Virus record (IMG/VR): IMGVR_UViG_3300042887_000598
Span: 5,921 to 69,920 of that record
Strand: one strand, 5' to 3'
DNA: 64,000 nucleotides
Source: a virus
The notes below the pieces were generated by a model that worked only from the letters and a program-made list of their open reading frames with translations, had not been told where the DNA came from and searched no databases. The translations under genes and the position numbers were made by a program. This document shows, in pieces, positions 38,587 through 47,319 of the stretch; the stretch's first letter is position 1, and each line of letters starts with the position of its first letter.

Positions 38587-38724
38587 GTGTTCTTGAAGAT
38601 GGTGAATGCGCAGGCTGATGCGCAAGGTGAAATTGCTGTACGGGTTGTCGGAAACGCCGGTCACACAGGCTAGTAATCGCACAGCACGCCGGAGATCAGC
38701 ACCGGCCACCATCTTCAAGAACAC
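38587..38724 (+). ncRNA. C4-like antisense RNA (P1/P7 c4 family)
   Basis: 18-bp perfect closing stem (38587-38604 / 38707-38724) enclosing aatgcgcaggctgatgcgc and gccggagatcagcaccggc hairpins, matching the c4 pattern as I recall it. Confidence 0.65.
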
Positions 38725-39011
38725 TCTCCACACCAAGCCGTCAGGGCGCGTTAGCTGATGGTCTGCATGGACTGAACCCAAGAAACACCGGCGCTGGTAC
38801 ACCCCCAGTCAGCCGTCCAGCCTGTCAGCGAGGGACTGGGTAAGCCGGAGTGGCAAGTGGTGAGACAAACACTCCGACGACGAATCGCTGCCTCATGGGT
38901 TTGCTGGGAGAGCACTGCGCGTGCCCTCTGGGCAGGGAGTGAACAGCCTTGGCTATCACCCTTGGGGACCTGTGGCCTGAAATTTTTTGAGCTGACAGAA
39001 TTTTTGGCCGT

Positions 39012-39034
39012 AAAAAAACCCGTACTGTGACGGG
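39012..39034 (-). terminator. rho-independent terminator of the minus-strand small-gene operon
   Basis: Plus strand AAAAAAA-CCCGT-actgtg-ACGGG, i.e. hairpin plus U7 on the minus strand. Confidence 0.7.
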
Positions 39035-39047
39035 CTTCTCGGGCGGC

Positions 39048-39239
39048 TCAGTCCTCTAGCCCGAGCATGTGAACCCCTCGTCGCACGGCGGTCAGTACTT
39101 GCTCTAGGTTGCCATTACTGAGAATCAGCGGCTCCCTGATGTGCAGGGTGCAACAGTGCGCGTCCTCCATGCTGAGGGAGAACAGAACCTGCTTGTCCGT
39201 GTCTACGGCCTCGATGCGGGTTGGGTATACGTCGATCAT
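39048..39239 (-). CDS. hypothetical protein
   Basis: 63-aa ORF with GAGGAG RBS. Confidence 0.6.
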   Translation of the reverse strand: MIDVYPTRIEAVDTDKQVLFSLSMEDAHCCTLHIREPLILSNGNLEQVLTAVRRGVHMLGLED

Positions 39240-39421
39240 GCTATCTCCTCTATGCGTACTCTGACGCGGATTGGTTGAGCTGTTACGCCACTAGTCTTCT
39301 CGACCCTCACGGCAACTGCGGAGGCGTCTACTCTCTTCGTGTACAGAAACGGAACTCCGTTATGGCTGCGAAAGTTGCGGCCTCTGAGCTTGATAGCCCA
39401 TGCCTTGAAGTCTTTCTTCAT
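39236..39421 (-). CDS. hypothetical protein
   Basis: Start MKKDFKAW at 39421, ATGA overlap. Confidence 0.6.
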   Translation of the reverse strand: MKKDFKAWAIKLRGRNFRSHNGVPFLYTKRVDASAVAVRVEKTSGVTAQPIRVRVRIEEIA

Positions 39422-39681
39422 GTGTTCCCCCTTGCTCGGATGGCTTTGGCACACCAGTCACCGTCAGATAAGAAGTGGTCTTCGCACAATCCAGCACACG
39501 CCTCACGTTCCCCAAGAATCATGGTGTGGGCACGCTCCATCCATTTGTCACGCTCATCAGCACGGACAAGGGCTTCAAAGGCTTTGAGGTCTTCAAGAAC
39601 AGCTTGAACGTGTTCTTCCGAATACGCATCACGGAAATCAACAAGTCCAGCCTCACGGGCCATGTCTATCGTGTCTCTCAT
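39418..39681 (-). CDS. hypothetical protein
   Basis: DMAREAG...FEALVRADER...EREACA...AKAIRARG, a common phage small-protein pattern. Confidence 0.7.
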   Translation of the reverse strand: MRDTIDMAREAGLVDFRDAYSEEHVQAVLEDLKAFEALVRADERDKWMERAHTMILGEREACAGLCEDHFLSDGDWCAKAIRARGNT

Positions 39682-39920
39682 GCTGTCCTCTCAATACAAA
39701 CAAGGTATCGAATGTCGCCAGCCTTTGATCCGACTGCTGTGAACAACTGGGTCGTGAACTCTTTGCCAGCAAGCTCCTTTGGTCTACGGCTTTTTGGCGT
39801 ATTTACTGTTCGCATAACATTGGCGTAGTTGTCCAAGTCGGTTTCAATGTAATTGCGATATCCGATTTCCTGCATTGACGCAAGAAAAGTGTTCCAAGAA
39901 ATCTTATGCATTGTTGTCAT
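39678..39920 (-). CDS. hypothetical protein
   Basis: Start MTTMHKISW at 39920 after GGAGAAG RBS. Confidence 0.55.
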   Translation of the reverse strand: MTTMHKISWNTFLASMQEIGYRNYIETDLDNYANVMRTVNTPKSRRPKELAGKEFTTQLFTAVGSKAGDIRYLVCIERTA

Positions 39921-40306
39921 GTGTTCTTCTCCTTGAGTTTGGCTTCGATGGCTCGGGCGACTTCTGTAAAAGACAGCATTGCCGCACCAAGCGGAACACA
40001 AGCTTTTTCAATCTCCTCATCCGTCAGCCCAACCCATTGCCGCTGTGCTGCGGGTGGGGTGGTGTAAACGGGGCCAATCTTTTGATGCCGTGGGTTGTTC
40101 TTCTCAAAACCCCACTCGACTTGCTGAACATCGACAACCGTAGTCAGGCCCGTTTCCTCGTGCTGAAACAGGTAGCCAAAAGGCTCCTGCACAGGTGCTG
40201 GCTGCGAAGGCAAGCTGTGATACTCATGCGGCCCCGGCCCCCAGTCCTCTCGCACAGGCTCATAGTCCAGCCCCAACTCACGTTTAGATTCTGGAAAATT
40301 GTCCAT
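39917..40306 (-). CDS. hypothetical modular protein
   Basis: APVQEP...PVYTTPP...WVGLTDEE...IEAKLKEKNT. Confidence 0.6.
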   Translation of the reverse strand: MDNFPESKRELGLDYEPVREDWGPGPHEYHSLPSQPAPVQEPFGYLFQHEETGLTTVVDVQQVEWGFEKNNPRHQKIGPVYTTPPAAQRQWVGLTDEEIEKACVPLGAAMLSFTEVARAIEAKLKEKNT

Positions 40307-40772
40307 GAAGTTCTCCTGATGCCTTGGTGTATGCCGAATGTGCTTCTTCAGCAGTACTGAAATAACCCAAACATTTTTGCTTGCCAAGCACTCGAATATT
40401 GGCAATGAATTTTTTATCTCTTTTATGAAAAATTACACCCTTAAAACCCAACTTGTTATTTGCTTGAACACCCCTATTCATGCCATTTGTTGAATGTGTT
40501 GCTGGGCGTAAGTTTTCAATTCTGTTGTCGCTTTTATTGCAGTTAATGTGGTCAAGCTGTTCAGGCAAATTTCCATAAACATACAACCAAGCCAATCTAT
40601 GAGCCTGATGTATTTTTTGAAAAATTTTGATGCGGACATACCCACGTGAATTTATGGTTCCCGCTTTATCCCAAGACTTCATTTTTGGTGTGCATACTTT
40701 GCGCCAATAAAAATCACCCGTTTCTTTGTCGTACCAAAGAAATTCTTTAAGTGCTTCTTGTGTAATTTCCAT
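40284..40772 (-). CDS. HNH homing endonuclease with AP2 domain
   Basis: AHRLAWLY...[17 protein letters not shown]...LGYFSTAEEAH; AT-rich relative to flanks. Confidence 0.9.
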   Translation of the reverse strand: MEITQEALKEFLWYDKETGDFYWRKVCTPKMKSWDKAGTINSRGYVRIKIFQKIHQAHRLAWLYVYGNLPEQLDHINCNKSDNRIENLRPATHSTNGMNRGVQANNKLGFKGVIFHKRDKKFIANIRVLGKQKCLGYFSTAEEAHSAYTKASGELHGQFSRI

Positions 40773-40774
40773 GA

Positions 40775-41131
40775 TTACTCCTGATTTTGGTCGTAAGTTA
40801 ACCCGAGTTCTCTGGCGTTCTCTGCCTTCTTGTCGAGGGCTTGCTCCACTGCGCGGCCAGCATCGTAGCCATAGTTCCAGCCCATCTCAACCAGATCGAA
40901 TTGGTCTTCGCTGTAATGCTCGGTGCGGGGAACGCCATGCTCCAGCACGTTGCCACTCTTCCACTGCTCAAAGGTTTTGTAAATCATTGCGTTCTCCTGC
41001 ACAGGTGCTGAACTGGCTTGCTTAATGGCGGTGATGGCTACCTTGGCTCTGTCAGATTGCCATTGGCTGTTGTTGCTCCATTCGATTTCACCTAACGCCT
41101 CCAGCGCCAAGGCGAGTGCTTCGTCTTTCAT
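40775..41131 (-). CDS. hypothetical modular protein
   Basis: MKDEALALALEAL...APVQE...DKKAENARELGL. Confidence 0.65.
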   Translation of the reverse strand: MKDEALALALEALGEIEWSNNSQWQSDRAKVAITAIKQASSAPVQENAMIYKTFEQWKSGNVLEHGVPRTEHYSEDQFDLVEMGWNYGYDAGRAVEQALDKKAENARELGLTYDQNQE

Positions 41132-41403
41132 GTGTTCTTCTCCAAAAGCTGCTTCACTTGCTCGTACACGCCGTTCCTTGCGGTGTTGTCAGCTTCCAGC
41201 TTGTCCCATCCTGCGTAGCGCATCTCGTTTTCGCAGTGTTGAAACAACACATACATCTCACGCAAGCAGTCTGCCGATTTGCCGTGCAAGGGCCACTGCA
41301 TCGTCTTCTCCAACATGGCGGCAAGGCGCAAAGGCTTTGGCAGTTGTCCCACGCGCAACAGCTCTTGCGTTGCGTCTTCGGTTGTGTATTGGTCATTGTT
41401 CAT
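41128..41403 (-). CDS. hypothetical protein
   Basis: 91-aa ORF in an overlapping operon. Confidence 0.6.
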   Translation of the reverse strand: MNNDQYTTEDATQELLRVGQLPKPLRLAAMLEKTMQWPLHGKSADCLREMYVLFQHCENEMRYAGWDKLEADNTARNGVYEQVKQLLEKNT

Positions 41404-41674
41404 TGGTTTTCTCCTTCAATTTTGCTTCTGCTGTTTTGGCTCGTTCGGCCCACTCGTGAATTGCTTCAATGTGTGCGGCGTGTAACGTGCATTGCTGCAC
41501 CTGCTCCTCGCCTTTCCACCTGCAACTGCATGGCTTAAAGACTGGCTCCTGCACAGGTGCTGCAAGGACTTGCTTGATGGCGTCACGCTCACGTTGATAA
41601 GCGTTGTCATTGCCTTTGTCGGCCTCATACTCCAACGCCTCCAGCGCTAATTCGAGTGCTTCGTCTTTGGTCAT
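41393..41674 (-). CDS. hypothetical modular protein
   Basis: MTKDEALELALEAL...APVQEP...AEAKLKEK; GGAGG RBS. Confidence 0.6.
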   Translation of the reverse strand: MTKDEALELALEALEYEADKGNDNAYQRERDAIKQVLAAPVQEPVFKPCSCRWKGEEQVQQCTLHAAHIEAIHEWAERAKTAEAKLKEKTNEQ

Positions 41675-41765
41675 AATACCTCCATCAGCCAAAAGATACC
41701 TGTCCAGAACCACCACCAAACGGTGAGCATTCCGACCCCGGCCAAGATCAAAAGTAGTTTCTCTT

Positions 41766-42092
41766 TCATAGCGATTGCCCCTTCTCCTTACACGGCCACG
41801 TTGCACGTAGCAACTCCAAAATCAAACCGTCCGCAGCCAAGTGCCGCCGAGCAGGTGATCGCTCCAAATACAGCTTCGTCATGTCTACCAGTTGCCCAGC
41901 ATTGACAGAAGCAGGAGTGCAAACCAATGCCCACTGCAACGTATCTGCCACCCCCGTCACATACCCAATTGCATTCATCTGCTCCATCTGGGAGCTGCTG
42001 GTGATCTGCTCGTACAACTTATTCCCAGTCTTGAACTGCGCATGAGCCGAACAAGACAGCAGCAATCCAACAAAAAGTATTTTTGATTTCAT
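41766..42092 (-). CDS. secreted Rap1a/Tai-like immunity-family protein
   Basis: Signal peptide ending SAHA; TGNKLYEQ, GYVTGVAD, VCTP, YLERSPARRHLAA, C-terminal WPC. Confidence 0.7.
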   Translation of the reverse strand: MKSKILFVGLLLSCSAHAQFKTGNKLYEQITSSSQMEQMNAIGYVTGVADTLQWALVCTPASVNAGQLVDMTKLYLERSPARRHLAADGLILELLRATWPCKEKGQSL

Positions 42093-42179
42093 TTTTTCTC
42101 CTTGGCAACCACCACTGTGGAAGTTGCGGCTTCAGTCTACATCAACTTGTACCAGACAGCAATAGGGTAAACATACCTG

Positions 42180-42207
42180 TTGCAACAAATATTGTTTAGT
42201 GTAGAAT
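42180..42207 (+). promoter_or_regulatory. putative sigma70 promoter of the replication operon
   Basis: TTGCAA, 16 nt, TAGAAT in a divergent intergenic region. Confidence 0.4.
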
Positions 42208-42228
42208 TGTGCAGACAATTAGAGAGGA

Positions 42229-42693
42229 GTGTATGTGAGGAAGAGAACAAGGCGCAAGATTTACGACACAACGATGTGCCCTGTCACCCATGCCATTGTG
42301 GGGGCCAGCGTCACTGATGACGAGAGCTTGGATTACCTGAGAAAGATAGAGAACGACAGTTACGAGGCATTCAGAACTGGCAAAGCGACCAAGCGGGATT
42401 GGAACAACATCAACGTGGTTGCAAGGCACGCTGAGTCCATGGCAGCCGCCAACATCGGGCCGGAGGTCATGGTGGTGGTGAAGATTGCAGAGATGCACCT
42501 TTTGGAGGCCAAGGAGAGGTTCGAGCGGATCGGGAAGATGGGCACCACGGGCCTTGGCTTGAAGGCCATGAAGGAGCTTTTGGAATACCACGAGCTTCAG
42601 AGGACGGCGGTATCGCGCAGCGTGTTCGAGAGTCACATCAAGCGCATCACGGACATGATCAAAAGCAAGTCACCCAAGATCAAGTTTTTATAG
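42229..42693 (+). CDS. hypothetical protein
   Basis: 154-aa ORF with GAGGAG RBS. Confidence 0.65.
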   Translation: MYVRKRTRRKIYDTTMCPVTHAIVGASVTDDESLDYLRKIENDSYEAFRTGKATKRDWNNINVVARHAESMAAANIGPEVMVVVKIAEMHLLEAKERFERIGKMGTTGLGLKAMKELLEYHELQRTAVSRSVFESHIKRITDMIKSKSPKIKFL

Positions 42694-43023
42694 GAGGGCA
42701 AATGGGAAGAGAGCAAAAACCGGAGGCGATCAAAAAGGTCGCCAGCGTTTGGGACTACAAAGACAGGCCCAGCATCATGGCGAAGGATCAAACCCTGCGC
42801 CGCTCACAGTCAGCAACCAAAGGTCGTGTAATGCACGGCGATTTACCTGTAAACATGTGGTTTTTTAAGGAGAAGAAATGAACGAAGCACGAGAAAAGTT
42901 TGAGGCCATATTGGTCGCAAAAGGCAAGAGCAAGCCCGACTGGGACGGCCAGAAGTACGACAACATCAACATCCAGACCTACTGGCGCTGGTTTCTTTTG
43001 GGATGGACTATGAAGGACGGCAA

Positions 43024-43848
43024 ATGAACAAGGTAATGAACATCGGCGCTCTCGTGATGGACGAGCGCTTGCAATCCAGAACAGAGATCAACGAGGAGAC
43101 GGTATCGGACTACGCAGATGCTATTGGCACCGGCGCTGAGTTCCCTGCGGTGCTGGTCTATTTCGATGGCATCAACTACTACCTCACGGACGGCTACCAC
43201 CGAGTGCTCGCGCATAAGCGTGCGCAGAAGGTATCCATCCTGTGTGATGTAGTCCACGGCACCATGCGCGATGCCATCTTGCACTCCACTGGGGTTAATG
43301 CAAAGCACGGCATGCGGCGCACATACGCAGACAAGCGCAAGGCTGTGATGACCTTGCTCGATGACTTCGAGTGGAGCGACTGGAGCAATGCAGAGATCGC
43401 ACGGCGCTGCGGTGTGTCGGCACCTTTTGTAGCCAGCCTGAGAGACAGCGGTGGCGCGACAGAAGTTAAGTACAAAACCCCGAGCGGCAACGTAGCGACC
43501 AAAGCAAAAGCACCCGGTCGTCAGGCAAAAGAAAAAGAGCCGGAGCTCAAGGGCCCCGAGATAATTCCAGAGCAGCACGAGCAGGGCGATCAGAACCAAG
43601 AGGCCATCGACATGCTGTTGGCTGAGAACGAAGAGCTGAAGGCGCGTGTGGCAGTTGTGGCAATGGACGGCACACCCGAAGAAAAGCAAGCAGCCACAGA
43701 CATGATCAACGAGTTGCGTGAAGAGCTGCGCATCACCAAGATCGAGCTGAACGCAGTCAAGCAAAGCCGTGATCAGTATCAATCAGAAAATAGCCAGTTA
43801 AAAAAGCAAGTGATGTCGATGCAGCGTCAACTCAAGAAAGCTGCGTGA
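43024..43848 (+). CDS. ParB/Srx-like N-terminal domain protein with HTH and coiled coil
   Basis: LQSR..I.EETV..YA...FPAVLV...LTDGYHRVLA; WSNAEIARRCGVS. Confidence 0.75.
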   Translation: MNKVMNIGALVMDERLQSRTEINEETVSDYADAIGTGAEFPAVLVYFDGINYYLTDGYHRVLAHKRAQKVSILCDVVHGTMRDAILHSTGVNAKHGMRRTYADKRKAVMTLLDDFEWSDWSNAEIARRCGVSAPFVASLRDSGGATEVKYKTPSGNVATKAKAPGRQAKEKEPELKGPEIIPEQHEQGDQNQEAIDMLLAENEELKARVAVVAMDGTPEEKQAATDMINELREELRITKIELNAVKQSRDQYQSENSQLKKQVMSMQRQLKKAA

Positions 43849-43896
43849 TCATTGCCCAAGCCAGCGGGCATGTGTGCTGGCAGTTGGAGAAACCAA

Positions 43897-46311
43897 ATGA
43901 GTTTGCAATTACGAGGGTATCAGCTTGATACATTGGACGGCTTGAGGCGAGGCTTTGCCGCGGGGTACAAGGCCCAAATGCTTTATAGCCCGACTGGTGG
44001 CGGCAAGACTGAGATGGCAATCGCCTTGCTCGATGCCACCAAGAAGAAGGGCAACCGAGCAGCGATGATTTTGGACCGCATCATCTTGTGCGACCAGACA
44101 AGCCAGCGCCTTGAGAAGTACGACATCGACCACGGTGTCTTGCAGTCAGGTCACTGGCGGTACAGGCCATACGAGAACATCCAAGTGTGCAGCGCTCAGA
44201 CGCTGGAGAAGCGCGGCTCTTTTCCCGGCCTTACGCTGATGATCGTTGATGAGGCGCACGCCATGCGCAGACAGACCATCGAGTTCATAAAGAACAATCC
44301 AGACATCAAGGTCATTGGTCTGAGTGCATCACCCTTCACAAAAGGGCTGGGCAACGTGTATGAGAGTGTTGTCAGCACGGTCACGACCAAAGAGCTGGTG
44401 GACCAGAAGGTGCTCTGCCCTCTGCGTGTGTTCGTCGCCAAAGAGATCGACATGACTGGTGCCAAGAAGGTTGCCGGCGAGTGGAGTCAGGCCGAGTCAA
44501 CCAAGCGCGGCATGCAGATCACTGGTGACATCGTGTCCGAGTGGATCAAAAAGACGCACGAGATATTTGGTCGCCCTCGCAAGACGATCATCTTCTGTTC
44601 TGGCGTGGAGCACGGCGCCGACCTGTCCAAGAAGTTTGCAGAGCAAGGCTACAACTTCATCAGCATTTCCTACAAGGATGAGGACGAGTTCAAGCGCGAG
44701 GTTATTGAGGACTTCAGCAAGCCAGACACGGAGATTCATGGCCTGATCGCCACGGACATCCTGACCAAGGGGTTTGATGTGCCTGATGTGATGATCGGCG
44801 TGAGCGCTCGCCCGTTCAGCAAGTCACTGTCCTCTCACGTCCAGCAGATGGGCCGCGTGATGCGTGGCTATCCCGACAAGGAGTTTGCGGTGTGGCTGTG
44901 CTTGGCAAAAGGAAGCCTTGTTTTGACAGACTCTGGTCTTGTTCCGATTGACAAAGTAAAGATGACCCATAAAATATGGGATGGAACTAACTTTGTAACT
45001 CACGGTGGGGCAATTTGCAATGGAATCCAAGAAGTCATCACGTACCAAGGTCTTACGGCGACCGCAGGACACCTTGTCCACACTGCCGAAGGTTGGCGCA
45101 CCTTTGGGGAGTGTGCCAGCCAACAAATCAGAATCACACAGACCGGATTTGGTGGGCAAGCGATACGGCTCGGTGATGATTTACGACCCACAAGTTTTTT
45201 GGTTGGGCGCACGGCAAAGAAGATTCATTCACGTCTTGTGCGAGTGCGTGACTTGTGGGTACAGAAATTTAATCAGCCTTCAAAATCTACAAACGGGAAA
45301 GACGAAGGGTTGCAGGGCTTGCAATCAACCAGATGTGTCGTACCCGATGTGGCTTTACAACAGAGTTCAGGGAATGCGTGCTCGATGCTGCTCTCCGGCG
45401 TGCGATCAGTACCCGGCGTACGGCGGTCGCGGAGTGGAGTTCAGGTTCTCTGGCGTCAAGCAGGGTACGCTTTGGATTATGGAAAATCTTGGGCTTCCAA
45501 AGTTTTCGTCTACCTCGGATCGCTCGCGCATTCAGTTGGACAGAATAGACCCGAATGGGCATTACGAGCCGGGCAATCTTCGTTGGCTTTCTGTGGAATT
45601 GAACCAGCAAAACAAAAGGGGGAACCAGTCTGTCGCTCGGATGCACAAGTTCAGGATGGATCACCCGGAAATTCGATACTCAGACAGCACGTTGAAGCGT
45701 TTCTTTTGGGCTGGCATGACGGCGGAAGAGATTGTGGAAAGGTACAGCAAACCCTCGGTAAAGCCGAAAGGGAAGTATGGGACATACTCGACGCCGGACC
45801 CCACAATCGCTTCACTTGTGAGGGACTCCTAGTCCACAACTGTCATTCCGGCAACTACCTGCGGTTCCGAGAGGACTGGGAGGAGATTTACAACAACGGC
45901 GTGCATGAGCTGGACGACGGCAAAGAGAAGGCCAAGAAAGAAAAGACCGAGAAGGAAAAGGAAGCTGCCAAGTGCCCCAAGTGTGGACACCTATGGGCTG
46001 GCGGGTCGGACACTTGCATTCACTGCGGATACACCCGCGAGAAGCGCAGCATGGTGGAGTCAGTGCCGGGAGAAATGGAGGAGCTGCGAGCAGCAGCCAC
46101 TCGGGAAAGCAAGCAAGACTGGTACAGCATGTGCCAGTACATGGTCAAGTACCACGGATGGAGCACAGGCAGAGCAGCCCACACCTACAAGGACAAGTTT
46201 GGCGTCTGGCCCAAGGGTCTGGCGGAAACGCCGAAAGCCCCGAGCATAGAGTTTGATAAGGCGGTGAAGGCCGCTCTGATTCGTTACCTCAAAGGAAAGG
46301 GAAAGAGATGA
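43897..46311 (+). CDS. superfamily 2 (DEAH) helicase with intein and C-terminal Zn finger
   Basis: SPTGGGKT, IVDEAH, LSASP, LTKGFDVPD, QQMGRVMR, CPKC..CIHC; ATG 43897 after GGAGA RBS. Confidence 0.92.
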   Translation: MSLQLRGYQLDTLDGLRRGFAAGYKAQMLYSPTGGGKTEMAIALLDATKKKGNRAAMILDRIILCDQTSQRLEKYDIDHGVLQSGHWRYRPYENIQVCSAQTLEKRGSFPGLTLMIVDEAHAMRRQTIEFIKNNPDIKVIGLSASPFTKGLGNVYESVVSTVTTKELVDQKVLCPLRVFVAKEIDMTGAKKVAGEWSQAESTKRGMQITGDIVSEWIKKTHEIFGRPRKTIIFCSGVEHGADLSKKFAEQGYNFISISYKDEDEFKREVIEDFSKPDTEIHGLIATDILTKGFDVPDVMIGVSARPFSKSLSSHVQQMGRVMRGYPDKEFAVWLCLAKGSLVLTDSGLVPIDKVKMTHKIWDGTNFVTHGGAICNGIQEVITYQGLTATAGHLVHTAEGWRTFGECASQQIRITQTGFGGQAIRLGDDLRPTSFLVGRTAKKIHSRLVRVRDLWVQKFNQPSKSTNGKDEGLQGLQSTRCVVPDVALQQSSGNACSMLLSGVRSVPGVRRSRSGVQVLWRQAGYALDYGKSWASKVFVYLGSLAHSVGQNRPEWALRAGQSSLAFCGIEPAKQKGEPVCRSDAQVQDGSPGNSILRQHVEAFLLGWHDGGRDCGKVQQTLGKAEREVWDILDAGPHNRFTCEGLLVHNCHSGNYLRFREDWEEIYNNGVHELDDGKEKAKKEKTEKEKEAAKCPKCGHLWAGGSDTCIHCGYTREKRSMVESVPGEMEELRAAATRESKQDWYSMCQYMVKYHGWSTGRAAHTYKDKFGVWPKGLAETPKAPSIEFDKAVKAALIRYLKGKGKR
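44899..45840 (+). mobile_element. intein (314 aa) in the helicase
   Basis: Starts CLAKGSLVLT, block B ATAGHLV, ends EVWDI...NRFTCEGLLVHN followed by +1 Cys; removal restores AVWL/CHSGNYLRF. Confidence 0.92.
45020..45832 (+). CDS. HNH endonuclease nested in the +1 frame inside the intein
   Basis: DLVGKRYG...CECVTCG...GCRAC...MRARC...YPAYGGRGV...LDRIDPNGHYEPGNLRW; exact start uncertain. Confidence 0.85.
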   Translation: MESKKSSRTKVLRRPQDTLSTLPKVGAPLGSVPANKSESHRPDLVGKRYGSVMIYDPQVFWLGARQRRFIHVLCECVTCGYRNLISLQNLQTGKTKGCRACNQPDVSYPMWLYNRVQGMRARCCSPACDQYPAYGGRGVEFRFSGVKQGTLWIMENLGLPKFSSTSDRSRIQLDRIDPNGHYEPGNLRWLSVELNQQNKRGNQSVARMHKFRMDHPEIRYSDSTLKRFFWAGMTAEEIVERYSKPSVKPKGKYGTYSTPDPTIASLVRDS

Positions 46312-46505
46312 GCTACGGCTGTTGGAATCGCACCTCCTTCAAGGAGTTCCTCAAGGTCCAGTCTGGATGGCTGGGCGGTAAGCGAGTGGACACCACCGTC
46401 GATTTCAGGATGGCGCGTGACTGTCAGTACACCAAGACAGAGCTGGGCCGCAAGGATGAGCGCTGCGTTGGCTGCAAGTGGAGGATGCCAGATGCACCTG
46501 CTTGA
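46308..46505 (+). CDS. small Cys-rich hypothetical protein
   Basis: YGCWNR...DCQY...RCVGCKW; ATGA overlap with helicase stop. Confidence 0.65.
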   Translation: MSYGCWNRTSFKEFLKVQSGWLGGKRVDTTVDFRMARDCQYTKTELGRKDERCVGCKWRMPDAPA

Positions 46506-47319
46506 CTTCTGCCGAATCCACGGCGTGATCGTAGACCGTGAGCCACCCATCGGTGTGTGGAAGCGCTACCCCACGCAGGATAAGCCAACGCACCGCAACG
46601 GAGCTGTGAAGTACATGGGCACGCATGCATTCATCCAGAACCACGCCACCATGACAGAGATCGAGGTTTGGCATGCCGAGGGTGATTCAGCGATGGACCC
46701 CAACAAGGCACGCAAGGCTGTCGAGGCTGCTGCGCGTGACATTCGCGAGAAGCAGCAAGAGGCCGCTCGCAAGGCCGCATCAATCCTGAACCAGTGCCAG
46801 ATTGGCTTTCACCCTTATCTCGAGCGCAAAGGCTTCAAGGAAGAGCAGGGCAACGTGTGGAAGACCGATGACGGGCTGCTGCTTGTCATCCCCATGCGAG
46901 TGGGCCACCACCTTGTCGGATGTCAGATCATCAGGGAGGACGGCGAGAAGAAGTTCTTGTTCGGTCAGCGCACATCTGGCGCTTACTTCTGCTTCGACAA
47001 CAAGGGGCCGAACATCTTGTGCGAGGGCTACGCCACGGCGCTGTCGATACGCGCAGCCATGAAGGCATTGAAGCGACGCTACACCCTGTACACCTGCTTC
47101 AGCGCAGGCAACATGAAGAAGGTGGCAGCCACCCTGCCGAACGGTTTTGTCGTAGCGGACAACGACCTCTCGCGCACGGGGCAGAACACTGCGGAGGCCA
47201 TCGGCTGGCCGTATTTCATGAGCGAAGCGGTCGGCGACTTCAACGACCTGCATCAATCAACCAGTCTATTCAAGTGCTCACAGGCACTCGACAAAATGTT
47301 TCGCAAGGAGAGGGCATGA
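46492..47319 (+). CDS. TOPRIM-domain primase
   Basis: HPYLERKG, LVIPMR, QII..DGEKKF, LCEGYATALS, FSAGN, VADND, DFND. Confidence 0.88.
   Translation: MHLLDFCRIHGVIVDREPPIGVWKRYPTQDKPTHRNGAVKYMGTHAFIQNHATMTEIEVWHAEGDSAMDPNKARKAVEAAARDIREKQQEAARKAASILNQCQIGFHPYLERKGFKEEQGNVWKTDDGLLLVIPMRVGHHLVGCQIIREDGEKKFLFGQRTSGAYFCFDNKGPNILCEGYATALSIRAAMKALKRRYTLYTCFSAGNMKKVAATLPNGFVVADNDLSRTGQNTAEAIGWPYFMSEAVGDFNDLHQSTSLFKCSQALDKMFRKERA

Noticed and set aside
38587-38724. tRNA gene
   Set aside because: Cloverleaf-like, but lacks the T-loop GTTCRA and a 7-bp acceptor stem; fits a C4-like RNA better
38190-38802. ORFs 38190-38618 (+) and 38494-38802 (-)
   Set aside because: They run through a terminator and strong RNA stems and have no recognisable protein features or clear RBS
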